In this document: piece by piece, positions 14,417-14,581 of the stretch
Layout of the letters: each line of letters begins with the position of its first letter
Numbering within the stretch: the first letter of the stretch is position 1
Assembly (NCBI GenBank): GCA_041659085.1
Contig: JBAZYZ010000014.1
Location: forward strand, 836-15,416
Reading direction: 5' to 3'
Length of the DNA stretch: 14,581 nucleotides
From: Minisyncoccota bacterium
Lineage (GTDB): Bacteria > Patescibacteriota > Minisyncoccia > Phycocordibacterales > VMEP01
The notes under the pieces: model-generated
Seen by the model: only the letters and a program-made list of their open reading frames with translations
Databases searched by the model: none
Told to the model about the DNA's origin: nothing
Program-made: the position numbers and the translations under genes

Positions 14417-14441
14417 ACCGCATATGTGCGGTTTTTTATTT
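14417..14441 (+). terminator. terminator-like hairpin plus T-run
   Basis: ACCGCA-tatg-TGCGGT followed by TTTTTTATTTGTTT. Confidence 0.4.
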
Positions 14442-14481
14442 GTTTACTCACCACGAAACAAATAAAAAACGATTTAATAAT

Positions 14482-14581
14482 ATGAAAGATACTGACACAA
14501 TAGAGATACAAGATGTTGTCGCCCGCAACATGGATGAGGAGAAAACTCCGTCGGGAAAGATGCTCTTGGACAAGAGCGTCC
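14482..14581 (+). CDS. hypothetical protein, 5' end only; the ORF runs off the window
   Basis: ATG at 14482 and an open frame to the window edge (MKDTDTIEIQDVVARNMDEEKTPSGKMLLDKSV). AT-rich upstream region with no SD. Confidence 0.25.
   Translation, partial: MKDTDTIEIQDVVARNMDEEKTPSGKMLLDKSV

Overview
The window reads as a compact, AT-moderate bacterial chromosome segment. Minimal IF-2, weak Shine-Dalgarno use and many small secreted two-helix membrane proteins suggest a Patescibacteria/CPR-like organism; this is an inference, not a test. Content from left to right: (1) a partial minus-strand gene running off the 5' edge; (2) a near-consensus sigma70-type promoter driving a DUF4446-like gene, then infB (short 505-aa IF-2) and rbfA, followed without a gap by a four-gene tRNA cluster (Cys-GCA, Leu-TAA, Lys-CTT, Leu-TAG) with a degenerate tRNA-Lys 5' fragment and a hairpin-dense spacer; (3) a palindromic element abutting a promoter for a two-gene operon (membrane-anchored SPFH/band-7 protein plus a small Pro-rich membrane protein), closed by a bidirectional terminator; (4) the most interesting block, a six-gene co-directional minus-strand cluster of an orphan family-1 solute-binding protein followed by five tandem paralogous small secreted two-helix membrane proteins with TrbC/VirB2-pilin-like topology, two of them translationally coupled; (5) a SAM methyltransferase, gyrA with a 16-bp perfect palindrome upstream, a small membrane protein and an MBL-fold protein lacking the canonical HxHxDH motif; (6) a gene-poor, partly GC-shifted 3' region of about 1.4 kb with four plus-strand terminator-like hairpins, short ORFs including a 56-aa ORF with a textbook Sec signal peptide, an antisense 15-nt match to the 16S 3' terminus, and a frameshifted ORF pair. 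No CRISPR array, transposase or integrase was seen. Coordinates of short motifs were hand-counted and may be off by about 2 nt.
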